Shown here piece after piece: positions 27,151 to 41,012 of a stretch of 64,000 bases of DNA (position 1 is its first letter; every line of letters begins with the position of its first letter). Source of the stretch: Octopus vulgaris (Eukaryota); assembly GCA_951406725.2 (NCBI GenBank), contig OX597822.1, forward strand, positions 105,710,001-105,774,000, in the 5' to 3' direction. A model generated the notes under the pieces. The model did not search any database. It saw only the letters and a list, made by a program, of their open reading frames with translations, and had not been told where the DNA came from. A program made the translations under genes and the position numbers.

Positions 27151-27625
27151 AATATTAAAAATTGAGCCGAGCTGAGCGATGATTTAAGATGGAAGATAAA
27201 GCATATTCAGACAGGTTGGGAAATTCATTGTTTTCCAACAGCAAGACTGTTTATACAATACTACTGGTGTTTGATTTGAGGTGTTAAGTTGAGCTTAGAT
27301 ACGTTTAATTCCTATTTTATTTCTTTTGAAATTTCCAGTCTGTTCAAATACAATTTATATTTCATCTACATCTCTTCAAAACTCCAGAGATAATTAAAAG
27401 CAGAATCCTTCGGTAGGAAAAGATGAAATCTCATCTCACTCGAAAGAAAGTTTCTTTTCGGAAAGTTAATTTGTAATTTTTTTCGCCGCCATATGAAAAG
27501 TAGCTCAAATTATATAAGTTTCCTTTCGTACTGTTATCTGCTGCAAGCTAAAACTAGTATTCTAGGCTTCTTGTATGGCCTCCATTAGTCAACATTGATA
27601 ATGCACCAGCATATTAATACCCAAA

Positions 27626-28039
27626 GCACAGGAGTGGCTGTGTGGTAAGTAGCTTGCTTACCAACCACATGGTCATGGATTCAGTCCCACTGCGTGCCAC
27701 CTTGGGCAAGTGTCTTCTACTATAGCCTCGGGCCGACCAAAGCCTTGTGAGTGGATTTGGTAGAAGGAAACTGGAAGACGCTCGTCGTATATGTATAAAT
27801 ATATGTGTGTGTATGCGTGTATATGTTTGTGTGTCCGTGTTTGCCCCCCCCCCCCCATATCGCTTACAACCGATGCTGGTGCGTTTACGTCCCCGTCACT
27901 TAGGTGTTCGGCAAAAGAGACCGATAGAATATGTACTATTTTTACCAGTAGAATATGTACTATTTTTACTCGACTAAAGGCGGTGCTCCAGCATGGCCGC
28001 GGTCAAATGACCGAAACAAGTAAAGTGGTAAAAGAGTAA
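27626..28039 (+). mobile_element. SINE-A with internal 24-bp tandem duplication
   Basis: Family match; tagaatatgtactatttttac occurs twice near 27925-27970. Confidence 0.92.
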
Positions 28040-28319
28040 GGCTTGCACATCCATTCAAGTTTTCTCTATTTGCACACCTCTGATATTTATCCACGAAAAA
28101 GGTAACAATACCACAATATTCCTTGGTCAGCCCTATAATACTACCAGAAATCCACTCCTCAGAATTATAACGTTTTCTATCGACAGAAAGAATGAAGGGG
28201 AAGTCGAATTCAATGGAATTTGAACTCAAAGCATAGAGAGTCGAAAGATATAGAACGTGAAATTCTCTCTCACGGTAACAAAACTGTCATTTTGCTACTG
28301 AGAAGTTTACGTTATTTTT

Positions 28320-28732
28320 ACCTATTTCTTTATTACCCACAAGGGGCTAAACATAGAAGGGACAAACAAGGACAGACATAGGTATTGAGTCGATTACATC
28401 GACCCCAGTGCGTAACTGGTACATAATTTATCGACCCCGAAAGGATGAAAGGTAAAGTCGACCTCGGCGCAATTTGAACTCAGAACGTAACGGCTGACGA
28501 AATACCTATTTCTTTATTACCCACAAGGGGCTAAACACAGAGGGGACAAACAAGGACAGACATAGGTATTAAGCTGATTACATCGACCCCAGTGCGTAAC
28601 TGGTACTTAATTTATCGACCCCGAAAGGATGAAAGGTAAAGTCGACCTCGGCGCAATTTGAACTCACAACGTAACGGCAGACGAAATACCGCTAAGTATT
28701 TCGCCCGACGTGCTAACGTTTCTACCAGCTTA
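28320..28732 (-). mobile_element. SINE-B dimer
   Basis: Two ~185-bp units sharing private variants (aaggtaaagtcg, ggcgcaatttg). Confidence 0.93.
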
Positions 28733-29151
28733 CCAATGTCCAATAGTGGAACATACCCCATCATTCTATATTCCCAAATTCTCCATAAAATTGCAAACAG
28801 ATTAAGTACTAGTATTCTAACACGGCATTATTAGATACGAATATTACAATTAATATTATTAATAATGTGATATTAATACAATATTAATACAATATTATAC
28901 CCATCTAATGAGTAATCTAAGATCGATCAGTGAAATAATATACTCATTTAATCAATTTGGTGTAATCGGTGATGCAATACTGCCTCGAGCTACACTGTAT
29001 GAGTCCAGGTTTGTTGTGGATTTTTCTTTTAATGCTTCGTTGCGTATCATATTTAATATCGTTTTTATTAAAAGCTATATATACACATACATACATGCAT
29101 ACATACATATATACACATACATATGCACATTCACACTATATATATTTATAA

Positions 29152-29201
<50 letters not shown>

Positions 29202-29296
29202 GTATGCACGTATGTACATATATGTATATATACACACACATATATGTTTTAGTGTAAATATATGCATTATATGTGTGTGTGTGTGTGTGCGTGTGT

Positions 29297-29331
<35 letters not shown>

Positions 29332-29511
29332 CATAGGCTCACACTGGTGTGAGTTGCTATTCAGCCCTTCAAAAATGTTCATATAAGAGACAACTTTCAT
29401 ACAGAGACAACTTTCGATATATATGTACTTCTGTGGAAAAGTTGCAAATCAGTTTCTCGTTTCCTTTCTTCGGATATACAGGATGTCACCAACTGAATAA
29501 ACAACATGAAG

Positions 29512-29898
29512 GTGGAGGCGCAATGGCCCAGTGGTTAGGGCAGCGGACTCGCGGTCATATGATCGCGGTTTCGATTCCCAGATCGGGCGTTGTGAGTGTT
29601 TATTGAGCGAAAACACCTAAAGCTCCACGAGGCTCTGGCAGGGGATGGTGGTGATCCCTGCTGTACTCTTTCACCACAACTTTCTCTCACTCTTACTTCC
29701 TGTTTCTGTTGTACCTGTATTTCAAAGGGCCGGCCTCGTCACTCTCTGTGTCACGCTGAATATCCCCGAGAACTGCGATAAGGGTACATGTGTCTATGGA
29801 GTGCTCAGCCACTTACACGTTAATTTCACGAGCAGGCTGTTCCGTTGATTCGGATCAACCGGAACTCTCATCGTCGTAACCGACGGAGTGCTTCCACC
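29512..29898 (+). mobile_element. SINE-C, tRNA-Arg(TCG)-like head, full length with 13-bp TSD
   Basis: A-box tggcccagtgg, anticodon arm gactcgcggtc, B-box gtttcgattccc; TSD aaacaacatgaag at 29499-29511 and 29899-29911. Confidence 0.95.
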
Positions 29899-30479
29899 AA
29901 ACAACATGAAGTACGAATCTAAACAAGTTAAATACGCTAACACGAAAACAAAAATGAAAACAGTACAAGTAACACAGAGAATGACCCTTCATCAATTGTC
30001 GGGTGTCTATCTACTCCTCATTTAGAACATTCAACAACAATATGTGTCTCCGAAGACAGTTGCTACTTGAATTTCAAAATAAAATTTTGGATTTATGGAG
30101 GGTCAAAGCTGGGAACAAAAACAGGACATTGGAGACATACAAGGAAACCTAACGAAAACAAACATGGAGGGACGTTAGACCAGAACAGGAGGGAAATAGT
30201 GAGCGCTGGGAGAAATATTTTCTTAGAGCGTCGTGCAGAAAAAGAAAGATGGACACGTATATACAGACACACACATTCATACTTACATGCAATATAAACA
30301 GTAAAGTTTGATTTATGACCAAACGCGCATGCGGAGTGATCTATATTACTAACAAATACAAATTTAGCCTTACCTTGATTAACCCTCAGCCTTCGGAGAG
30401 ATAGAAGATGGAACTTATTGGTTTTAGAATTCCGTAATCAATCCTCAAGAATTGCATCATTCCACGTTCCAAGTTGTAT

Positions 30480-31370
30480 CACTGTTTAGGACTAACTTAA
30501 CTGATGTTTATGACGAATTATTTTTGGTTCTCTCCCCTCAAGGACCATAAATATAATTTTACTGATGACATTGTGCAATAAATTTCAGGGTCAAGAAAAA
30601 GACATAATTCTCATGCACATTTTATTGTAAAGACGATTGTGCTAAATTCTAATTTTATAACAAATATTGCCCATCACGTCACATTTTCTTCTAAATTACT
30701 GACTTAATAACTATGCAATTTATACCAATTTCCACGATACCATAAATTTATTTTGCTCCCAAAGTCATATTAAATATGTCCATTGTAATTAATTCATAAA
30801 TATACAATGAATCGGCATGTTTGTTAGCATTATATAAAGTATTAACCTACATTTTAGTATTCACTTCGTTTATAAGACATCTTAGGTGTGTCACGCTTCA
30901 GGTTCCAATAGAAATCAGCCAGCATAGCTGGGCTTGATTTTTTCCTATTACATGTTTTCCGTTGACTCTATATCTTGATGAAACCTCTCTCCATGTTTAT
31001 CTCTCACATCTCCTGCATTCTCTGGGAAGAAGGACAGATGAAAATGAAGAAAGTGTATCTTCAGTGACATATTGCATCTGAGATCTTGGTAGCACTTGAT
31101 TAGGCCCTCCGCTATACTCTCTCGCTAGGTCACTTAGTGCTTTCCCAGAAGTCCTTTGCATTCATATCTGAATGCATACCAAGCTGCTAGCTCAGTTTCA
31201 TTCATTCACGCCTCAATTCTTCATCAGTTGTAAGCTGACGAATCTGAGGGCCTACGAATATGCCCTCTTTAATCTTGGCATAACTTATTTTAGGGATGAT
31301 CGTCTTGAGATTCTGGAAGTGGTGGCAAAATGAGTTTCTCCTTCTTAACTAGTGGCTCATGATTTTCATT
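30480..31370 (-). pseudogene. Chapaev3-like (CMC superfamily) DNA transposon remnant, transposase C-terminal half
   Basis: Minus strand 30885-31370 reads EPLVKKEKLILPPL..KIKEGIFVGPQIRQL..CNMSLKIHFLHFHLSFFPENAGDVRDKHGERFHQDI..MLADFYWNLKRD, with stops; candidate CACTG terminus at 30480. Family assigned from remembered motifs. Confidence 0.75.
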
Positions 31371-31373
31371 ATG

Positions 31374-31402
31374 GGTGGATGGATGGATAGATAGATAGAT
31401 AT

Positions 31403-31472
<70 letters not shown>

Positions 31473-31477
31473 TGATC

Positions 31478-31560
<83 letters not shown>

Positions 31561-31603
31561 GATGGATGGATGGATGGATGGATGGATGGATAGATAGATA
31601 GAT
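31374..31603. repeat. (GATA)n/(GATG)n microsatellite truncating the transposase
   Basis: Direct reading. Confidence 0.97.
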
Positions 31604-32741
31604 ACACATGTATTTATTATTATTTGTGTGTTTCTGTACACTAACAAATCGCCTGTTTAACAAAAAGGTACTATGAAATGTTTCGATTTTAGTGTGTACA
31701 TAGCATTCTGGGACAGAATCTTTTACAATAGCACCAGGGAGACTCCAAAGCTGAGTGAAATAGGAGAGACGAAAACCGTTATTACTTGTTATTAAACGAC
31801 CGTGCCTTATCACACACATTGTGATTGTATCAATTTGATTCTGCCTGATAGTTACATTAAGAGTATAGATATCTGTGGAATACTCAACCACTTGAAGCCA
31901 ATTCAATAAGCGAGTTATTTGGTTGCTTGAATGAGAGAATATCCATTGTCGAAAACAAGGGAGACCTACTTTTTATTTTCTACAGATGTATGTATGTTGC
32001 ATGCACATGCAATGTACTATAGATTTAATGTAAGCTAACAGTTTAATCTATGTTTGTCTAACTTTGTTAATCAGACAAAGATGTCAGTGCCGCTAACCTT
32101 TGTGGGCACGCCCTTATTTGTGAGATCGATACGGGGTCGATGTTCAGTTTAGCATATGCAGTTCGTTGTTTGCAGAAGAACCTGACCGATAAGCGGCTTC
32201 CAGAGAGTAGCAGTTTATCTGAGGGTTGGGTAGGGTTAAGTATTGGAAAACTATATACACTGGGCCAGAACGACCAGTAGAGGAGGAGGAGGAGGATGAG
32301 GAGGAGGATAATGTTCGCTGGGACTGGTTGGAGGTATCATGCAGCTACTAAGTTCAGGGAAAGAAATGCGTTTTTATTAGCAATAGAAGTGGTAGGAGGT
32401 GGAAGAGGATGAGGAGGATGAAGGGAAACAGGAGGAGGAGGAGGCGGAAACGGTTTATAGTGTGTTGGCGGATAAATATTTGGCAATGAATTGAGTGGAG
32501 TTTTTTTTTAATGCTATTTTTAATACAGTTAAATATGTGGTGTGTTAATGAAGCTGACGTACCATGTTTGTTATATGAATAATGAGTGGTGATATTGGCT
32601 AATGGAGATAGGTAGAATAACGAACAGAATTTGGCTTCTGGGAGAGGAACATCGGTATGGGAGAAGTGCAACAATCAAGCGCTACACGAATTGAAGTTAC
32701 TGTTGCTGTTGAGATTAGAAAGAAATAATTTTATATAACCG

Positions 32742-32972
32742 TTTCTTTATTACCCACAAGGGGCTAAACATAGAGGGGACAAACAAGGACAGACAAATGG
32801 TTTAAGTCGATTACATTGACCCCAGTGCGTAACTGGTACTTAATTTATCGACCCCGAAAGGATGAAAGGCAAAGTGGACCTGTGCCGGAATTTGAACTCA
32901 GAACGTAACGGCAGACAAAATACGGCTACGCATTTCGCCCGGCGTGCTAATGATTCTGCCAGCTCGCCGCCT
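32742..32972 (-). mobile_element. SINE-B monomer
   Basis: Full head, body and B2 tail; TSD-like ttttatat(a/t)ac on both sides. Confidence 0.93.
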
Positions 32973-33686
32973 TTTTATATTACGCTTATCAAATCAGAAC
33001 GAGATATAATTCAGAAAATGGTACCTACTGGAGGAAGCTATAGGGTAGAAATAGCGAACTGACTTACAGGGTTGATGGGAATAAAAGTGTTAAAGTCAGA
33101 TTCTAGTTGGAGGGAATCACCACCTTCTAGAGCGAAGTGGAACTACCGATTATAGACTGGAGAGCAGATATGAATGAGAGTTGGTAGATATTCCTTATCG
33201 AATAGGATTTTCAGTTTACAATGAACGTGCGCAATGTATATATTGAGTTCTACACAGGTTGTTAGTATCTCAATGCCTGCGTGTGTGTGTGTGAATAGTT
33301 CGTGGTTTTACTATTGTTCTGTAGTCTCAAGTTTTTATTTAATAGTGTGTGACATCAGAAAGATTTCGCTGCTATATCTCGCACAAAAAAAAATGTATAG
33401 TAGCTTATTTTTTGGATCGCTACTGCATGCGTACAATTTCATTTAGACTAATGTTTACTAATCACGAAATATTTGCTGTTCTTTCGTATCTACGGCCAGT
33501 TGCATCAAATAGCTCTGCTAATCAATGAATTTGTAAATATAGTATCAATATAAAAATAATTAATTGTTAATCAAATTATTAATGCCCAGCAAGGTTGTTT
33601 TCATCCGCTCACACGCAAATACTTCATACGACTTTCCTCTGCGTTGCACAATCTCAATGAAATATGTAATATTTTATGGAGATACA

Positions 33687-33900
33687 AGGCGACGAGCTGT
33701 CGGAATTGTTAGCACGCCAAGCACATTGCTTAGCGGCAAAATGTCCGTCTTTACTTTCTAAGTTCAAATTCCGTCTAGGTCGATTTTGCCTTTCATCCTT
33801 TCGGGGTTGATAACAAAAAGTCCCGCTTAAGTACTGGGGTTGATGTAATCAACTTATTCCATCCCCAAACTCGCTGGCTTTTTGCTAAAATTTGAAACCA
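33687..33900 (+). mobile_element. SINE-B, older B1-tailed copy
   Basis: ggcgacgagctg head, gcctttcatcctttcgggg core, aaaatttgaaacca tail. Confidence 0.85.
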
Positions 33901-34191
33901 GTATTTCATTGCTATGTTTTAAAAGACATGGAATCCTATTTTTTCCCCCTATATTAAATAGACACTTCTGAATTACAACTATGTGAAAATCAGTATTTAC
34001 TTGACTGATACTCAATATCAAAATGCTGTATAAGAACGTGTTGTTCATAGAATACTGGTTTGATAACTTTCACGAAGTTCTCCTCGAACAATCTTTAATT
34101 AACATAAAACAATAACCGCTCTCATTTTCTCTCGAAACTACCGTGTCTCTGAAACGCGAATCGTGTATCTCGTCTAGAAATATATTATTCG

Positions 34192-34404
34192 TTTCTTTAT
34201 TGCCCACAAGGGGCTAAGCATAGAGGGGACAAACAAGAATAGACAAACGGATAAAGTCGATTATATCGACCCTAGTGCGTAACTGCTACTTAATCTATCG
34301 ACCCCGAAAGGATGAAAGGCAAAGTCGACCTCGGCGGAATTTGAACTCAGAATACGGCTGCGCATTTCGCCCGGCGTGCTAACGATTCTGCCAGCTCGCC
34401 GCCT
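34192..34404 (-). mobile_element. SINE-B monomer with ~20-bp TSD
   Basis: Flanks tcgtctagaaatatattattcg / tcgtctagagatatgttatcg. Confidence 0.93.
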
Positions 34405-35610
34405 TGTCGTCTAGAGATATGTTATCGTACTGCCATTCAATCTACTCATGTCTCTCGTATCCAACCGTTCAAATGCGATTAAATTTATTGGGACCTTTTT
34501 ATAAGCAATAATGGTAGCTATTTTTGCATAGGCACATAAAAGGAACTGAATAAAACCTAAAATTATTATCTGATATTTGAAAAAGAAAAAGTTGGAGCAT
34601 TCAGTTAAGTTTTGACTGAATGTTATAGCAAGCAATATAATTTACATATAATACTGCCGTGTCCTTTTGTGTGTTTTTAAAACTTGCCGAGGTCAGTGTC
34701 GTCTCTAAAATTGCACCGAACACAAAAAAACAACAATTACCAATTGGTGAATTTATCATTGTACTTGCTATTACCACTTGGGGCGAGTACTATTAATGGC
34801 AGCAGTAATATTCACGAATTGTGACGATGAATAATTTAATTGCAAATAATGGGGTGGGTGCCATGATAAATATATTTCCCCACAACTATTTTATCATTGC
34901 TGTAAAATTACTTTCTGAACGTGTACTACTATCATATAAGACGAATATTTTTTTTTTATACTTGTAACTTTGGGAAACATTGTCGTCTCGGTTGTAGTTT
35001 TCGATGTATTCATATATGATGCATTTCTATAGAATTTTAGTAATTGAAAATATGTGTTATTGAATAAGCTCATTAGGTCAAACACCATATGGATTGGCAC
35101 AGTCTAAGATATAAAATGTAAAAGACGTTACGTGGCAAACTTTTGAAAATATTGCTGTCAGTCCATTGTCTTGGAAACGATTTACTGCCATTTGTGTCAA
35201 CCAATATAAAGCAGAGAATACCTAAAAATATGCTCTTCGGAATAAAACTGCAATAAAGTATAACCATCAAAACAACAGGAATCGCTTGGCGGTGTTTTCG
35301 ACAATAAAAGTCTTCATAACTAACGCAAGTAAATATAGAACAAGTCTAGACAGACTTGTAGAACCATGACATGATATATTTGTATTCCGTTTATTCTTGT
35401 TTTTTGTCATGCTTATTTTTGAGCCAGGAATGACAAAATTGCTACTCTTGTGACAGTTTTTTTTTTAGAAGTGGTGAGTTTTATAGAGACTTAAAGTTAT
35501 TTCACAATTGAGATAAGTGTGGTTTGAGTGTCATGTAATTGACACATCGCGGGTTTTTTTTAATTTTCATTTGGACATAATTTAAGGTGTTGAGTATGGT
35601 ATTAAATTAA

Positions 35611-36216
35611 AGGCGGCGAGCTGGCAGAATTGTTAGCGCGCCGAGCGAAATGCTTTGCGGTATTTCGTCTGCCGCTACGTTCTGAGTTCAAATTCCGCCG
35701 AGGTTGACTTTGCCTTTCATCCTTTGGAGTCGATAAATTAAGTACCAGTTACGCACTGGGGTCGATATAATCGACTTTATCCGTTTGTCTGTCCTTGTTT
35801 GTTCTCTCTGTGTTTAGACCCTTGTCGGTAGTAAAGAAAAAGGTATTTCGTCTGCCGCTACGTTCTGAGTTCAAATTCCGCCAAGGTCGACTTTGCCTTT
35901 CGTCCTTTCGGGTTCGATTAAATAAAGTACCAGTTACGCACTGGGGTCGATATAATCGACTTTATCCGTTTGTCTGTCCTTGTTTGTTCTCTCTGTGTTT
36001 AGACCCTTGTCGGTAGTAAAGAAAAAGGTATTTCGTCTGCCGCTACGTTCTGAGTTCAAATTCCGCCAAGGTCGACTGGGCCTTTCGTCCTTTCGGGTTC
36101 GATTAAATAAAGTACCAGTTACGCACTGTGGTCGATATAATCGACTTAATACCTATGTCTGTCCTTGTTTGTTCTCTCTGTGTTTAGCCCCTTGTGGGTA
36201 GTAAAGAAATAGGTAT
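35611..36216 (+). mobile_element. SINE-B trimer (periods 183, 185, 185 bp)
   Basis: ggtat junction motif at 35659, 35842, 36027, 36212; TSD-like ggtat(t/c)aaatt. Confidence 0.95.
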
Positions 36217-36548
36217 CAAATTTTTTCTACCGTCAATGAATCTACGTATTCATGTGTTTCATGATATAATTATATATGGAGCAAAATTAGGTGGGGAAAA
36301 ACTTGCTAACTAACTTAGATAAAATGCCTGATTAACTTTAGCTGTTTGGAGAGTAGTGAGGACGACTAAGACAATTGAGAACATTCTAGACCAGTGTTTC
36401 CCAAATTTTTTATTTTTTACCTATTGCCCTCTTTGTTTTTCAAACGATTACTCAATACCCTCTTCCTACGATTTCACAAAATTAAATACACCCCATACAC
36501 ACAAACACGCGCACATAAAGTACATATATATGTGTATGTATGTGTATG

Positions 36549-36586
<38 letters not shown>

Positions 36587-36725
36587 AATTCATCCTTTCG
36601 ACCCCGAAATTTTGAATTAATACATATATATTTTCTTTTTTAGCTTTTAAAATTTTCCATACACACATTTTCATTAAAATTTACCTTCAATTTAGCATTC
36701 TGCCTTTTTATAATTTTTCCTTGCC

Positions 36726-36815
<90 letters not shown>

Positions 36816-37775
36816 TGTGTGTGTGTGTGTAGCCACACACGATAACGTAACATTTGCAGTGACCGCTTTTATTGAAATACACACAAATTTTAACAATGTC
36901 AGTTTAATTTTTCTTTATTTCGCTTAGCTTATAATATATAATATACTTATTTCTTATAACTGGCATATATAGCTGCGATATATTCCGCTCTGTTAATTTA
37001 CCTATTTGCATTTTGGTTTAACAAACAGCTTATTATAGTAATATATTTATATCTTTCTTAAAGTTTAAAACGGAAACAAGAGACAAAACCAAGAAAAGCT
37101 GTGCAGATACATATAAGGCCTCACTACAGTTCTATTTCTTCCTACTACACAGAGTAAACATTATATCCTTCTCCACCACCCAATAACGACACCGCACTCT
37201 TTGAGAAGCACTGATCTATAGTTTTCAATATCTCAAATGAGATAACTTGAATATCATATCATAGCCTTTATAATATCGCTGGAGACAAATGAGATAATAG
37301 AGTGCGTGCGGTCGTAAATGTATCATGTAATTTAATTTCCTTATAATTCGATTTGCATTTCAAATCTTATCAGGATTGAATGTTCATTCATTTCATACTT
37401 GGTCATTGGCATAAATGTAAGAAGATCAATGCCATATGCTAAGTCTCTCTTTCATTACCTTAAGTCTATGCAACCGTGGCACTTGTATTTGTAATAACGC
37501 TATGCTAATTTTTCCGAAAGGTTTGGATTATTTATTCTGATAAAATCAGAGATTTACGCAGAATGAGAAATTACTATAGAAACTGGGATAATATAGAACC
37601 AGAAACATTGCAGCAATTACTTCAATGAGTAATAATTTCTATATTTGAGATGTAGATGAATACAAAATCATACCAGGAACTAAAGTGTTGATGAAATGTT
37701 AAAATATCCCGGTACTTCTCATTTTAGAAAATTAGATAACTGAAATCTAGGAAAATAGTATACAATAAAGTATTT

Positions 37776-38176
37776 GAATCTTTTCGGTTTGAACGGCAGT
37801 TTTTTCTAGCGGTGTCATATGAAATTGTCACCCATAATTATGACCCTAGTATCGATCTATTGCATTTCAATCTGTTTTAGGTTTAGGGTTAGGGGTGGGG
37901 GAAGGGTATCTTTTTTTCTTCGCAAATGTAAATAAACCCAACTGTTTCTTAAACGACACAGAATGTTTTTTTTACCTCAATAGACGTCAGTGATTGGTTG
38001 AAATTGCAGAAATTGAAGAAAAACAACAACAAATATCTTACAAACTATTGAATTTTCTCAATAAAGCCAAGAGAAAAAGATGTTTTATAAACACATTCTA
38101 CCAGTATACGAAGTTTAAAAGTGTTTAGTTACGTGGAAATTATTTTAAAAAACTGCCTTTCAAACCGAAAAGATCC
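37776..38176. mobile_element. 401-bp MITE with ~30-bp TIRs and 8-bp TSD
   Basis: TIR g(a/g)atcttttcggtttgaa(c/a)ggcagtttttt; TSD aagtattt at 37768-37775 and 38177-38184. Confidence 0.92.
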
Positions 38177-38924
38177 AAGTATTTTTTACACAACAATATG
38201 GTTTCTTTTGTCAGTTATTAAATCTGGTATTATAAACTTGATGGGAAAAAGGCACCCTATTCAATATATCCTTTGCAGCTAGGGCAACGTCATTCTGAAT
38301 TTCACGTCGAGACCACGTGACTTCTGGATGTGACGTGATTTCGCTGTATCCTAAAGATGTGTAGTATCAGGTCGTGCAGAATTTATGAAGAGAACTGCTT
38401 CAACGGAACGTTTTCGAAAGTTCGTAAGGTGATGTGTTCGTCTTAGTTTATACAGGTGACCTGTCGATCGGCTGAACACCATAGTCTGACTCTTCGCGGG
38501 AGTTAAAAGAGTCAATTCATTTTAAACATTCCAACGTCGTCTCCAATTTGAACATAACCCAAGAATTTCAATTTCTATCGGCTTCTTCCGACACTAATCT
38601 CGGAAACTTTGCAAAAATACAATGAAATCTCATGCCCCACACTCTAAAGGAATGATACAGAAACAAATACAATTCAGACAATGTAACACCACACTTATCA
38701 CATCAAGCAATATAAGCTGTATCAAATCCTGTTTTCTTTTTAATACAGAGAGTGTGCACTAATAGCTTGTTTATTATGTCTCGTGGGAAAAAAAATTCCT
38801 TTGCTATAAACATTTCAATTCACTTAACTACTGGGGAAATGAATAAAGTTTTCACATCTACTACTTATACTACTTAGTAAAAATTATATATATATGTATA
38901 TATATATATATATATACGTATATA

Positions 38925-39005
<81 letters not shown>

Positions 39006-39016
39006 GTATATATATG

Positions 39017-39051
<35 letters not shown>

Positions 39052-39080
39052 ATACATATATATGTATATATATTTATATA

Positions 39081-39113
<33 letters not shown>

Positions 39114-39297
39114 GTATATATATTTATATACATACATATATATATATATACAGGCGCATTCACACAACACACATACACCCGCACATACATACAGACAGAC
39201 ATATATATGCATGTATATACATGCATTTGTATACATATATATGTATATACATACATACACGCAGACACATATATATCTATATCTATATCTATATCTA

Positions 39298-39363
<66 letters not shown>

Positions 39364-40347
39364 CATGTATGTATACTCTGTTTATAACGATCTAAACTTG
39401 AGGAGTTAAGCCGCACTTATGTAGACGTTTCGATCTTGCAAAAGCGTAAACACAAGCAAAAACTGAATTATAGAGTTTAATCAATACCAATAAATCGAAT
39501 TCAATAGTTGTTCGAAGTTTTGGAAGAGATATTATCTCTCGAGATTGTGAAATTGAAGATTCTTGCAGAGGGTAAGTGAAAATCGACTATTAAACAACTA
39601 GTCCAGAACATCATTCTGCTTATCTCGTCAATAAGAGAACCACAGAGGACCAGGAGTAAAACCCTGTTAGATCTAGAATTTAAAATATAGAAGAACGAAC
39701 CTCAACTAGTTAATATATTTGATCCAGCGGTCTGCGGCCCCAGTCCAACTCCACCACGCTGGCAATAGTCTAATGTTAAACAATATTCTGGTAGAAAATT
39801 AAACAAACAAAGCAAAAGCTAAAAACAAAAGTATTTTGTCTGTTAATAAAATAAAAGAATATTTGAAGCTAGATAGAAGCGTTGCCAAGTTTTCTTCTGG
39901 CGCTATTTGCTCTTGTCTGAAAGCAAACTATGATACTAGAAAGTATCAGATTAATTCAGATCAGGTCATGTGAAAAGCTACTTGGTCAAGGATACACACA
40001 CACACACACGCACTCACACGAACTCACACACTCTCTCACACACACACACATACTCATACACACACCTTCACACATACGCACATAGATACGTAGGTACATA
40101 CACACACACGCACACACACACACATATATAGAATACGTTTACACTTTAGCAACAGAACTTTTTCAGCGTAAGATTATATGTATGTGCACGTCTGTGTGTC
40201 TGAGTTTATTTGTGTGTTCATGTGTTTGTAAATGCTTGTGTGTCTCTAAAATATTACACAATACAAATATATATATATATATATGCATATACAGGTACGC
40301 ATATATAGAGACAAAAACGTAATGTATATATATATATATGTAAATGT

Positions 40348-40392
<45 letters not shown>

Positions 40393-40397
40393 AATGT

Positions 40398-40446
<49 letters not shown>

Positions 40447-40490
40447 TGTACGTATATATTACATTCGTATATATTTGTCTAGATATATAC

Positions 40491-40547
<57 letters not shown>

Positions 40548-40610
40548 TATAAGCATATATATGTGTGCACATATAAATATATGCATATATGTGTGTATAG
40601 TGTGTGCAAA

Positions 40611-40658
<48 letters not shown>

Positions 40659-40943
40659 CATATATATCTATACTATGCCGTTTCAGACAGCAGGAGTTAA
40701 AAGTTTTTTGAGGTGTTAAACAAAAGAAGAAAAAAAAACCTGTAAACTATAACATGAAGTGAAATTTAAAAAACCAAGCAAAAAATAACATTAGTTTATT
40801 TTTTAAGTAAGAAAATTCAGATGATACAACAAAGGAAGACTACTGAATGCCCACGTCTATCATTTCCTTCTCCTTTTCTTCCGATACTCACACACACACA
40901 CACACACACACACACGAACATACATACACACACATATATATGT

Positions 40944-41012
<69 letters not shown>

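Noticed and set aside
29512-29590. tRNA-Arg-like gene (and other tRNA-like heads)
   Set aside because: Continuous with SINE bodies and bounded by TSDs; no proper acceptor stem.
32040-33200. Possible degraded PLE N-terminal ORF on the minus strand
   Set aside because: Only vague compositional resemblance and many stops; cannot be supported without a search.
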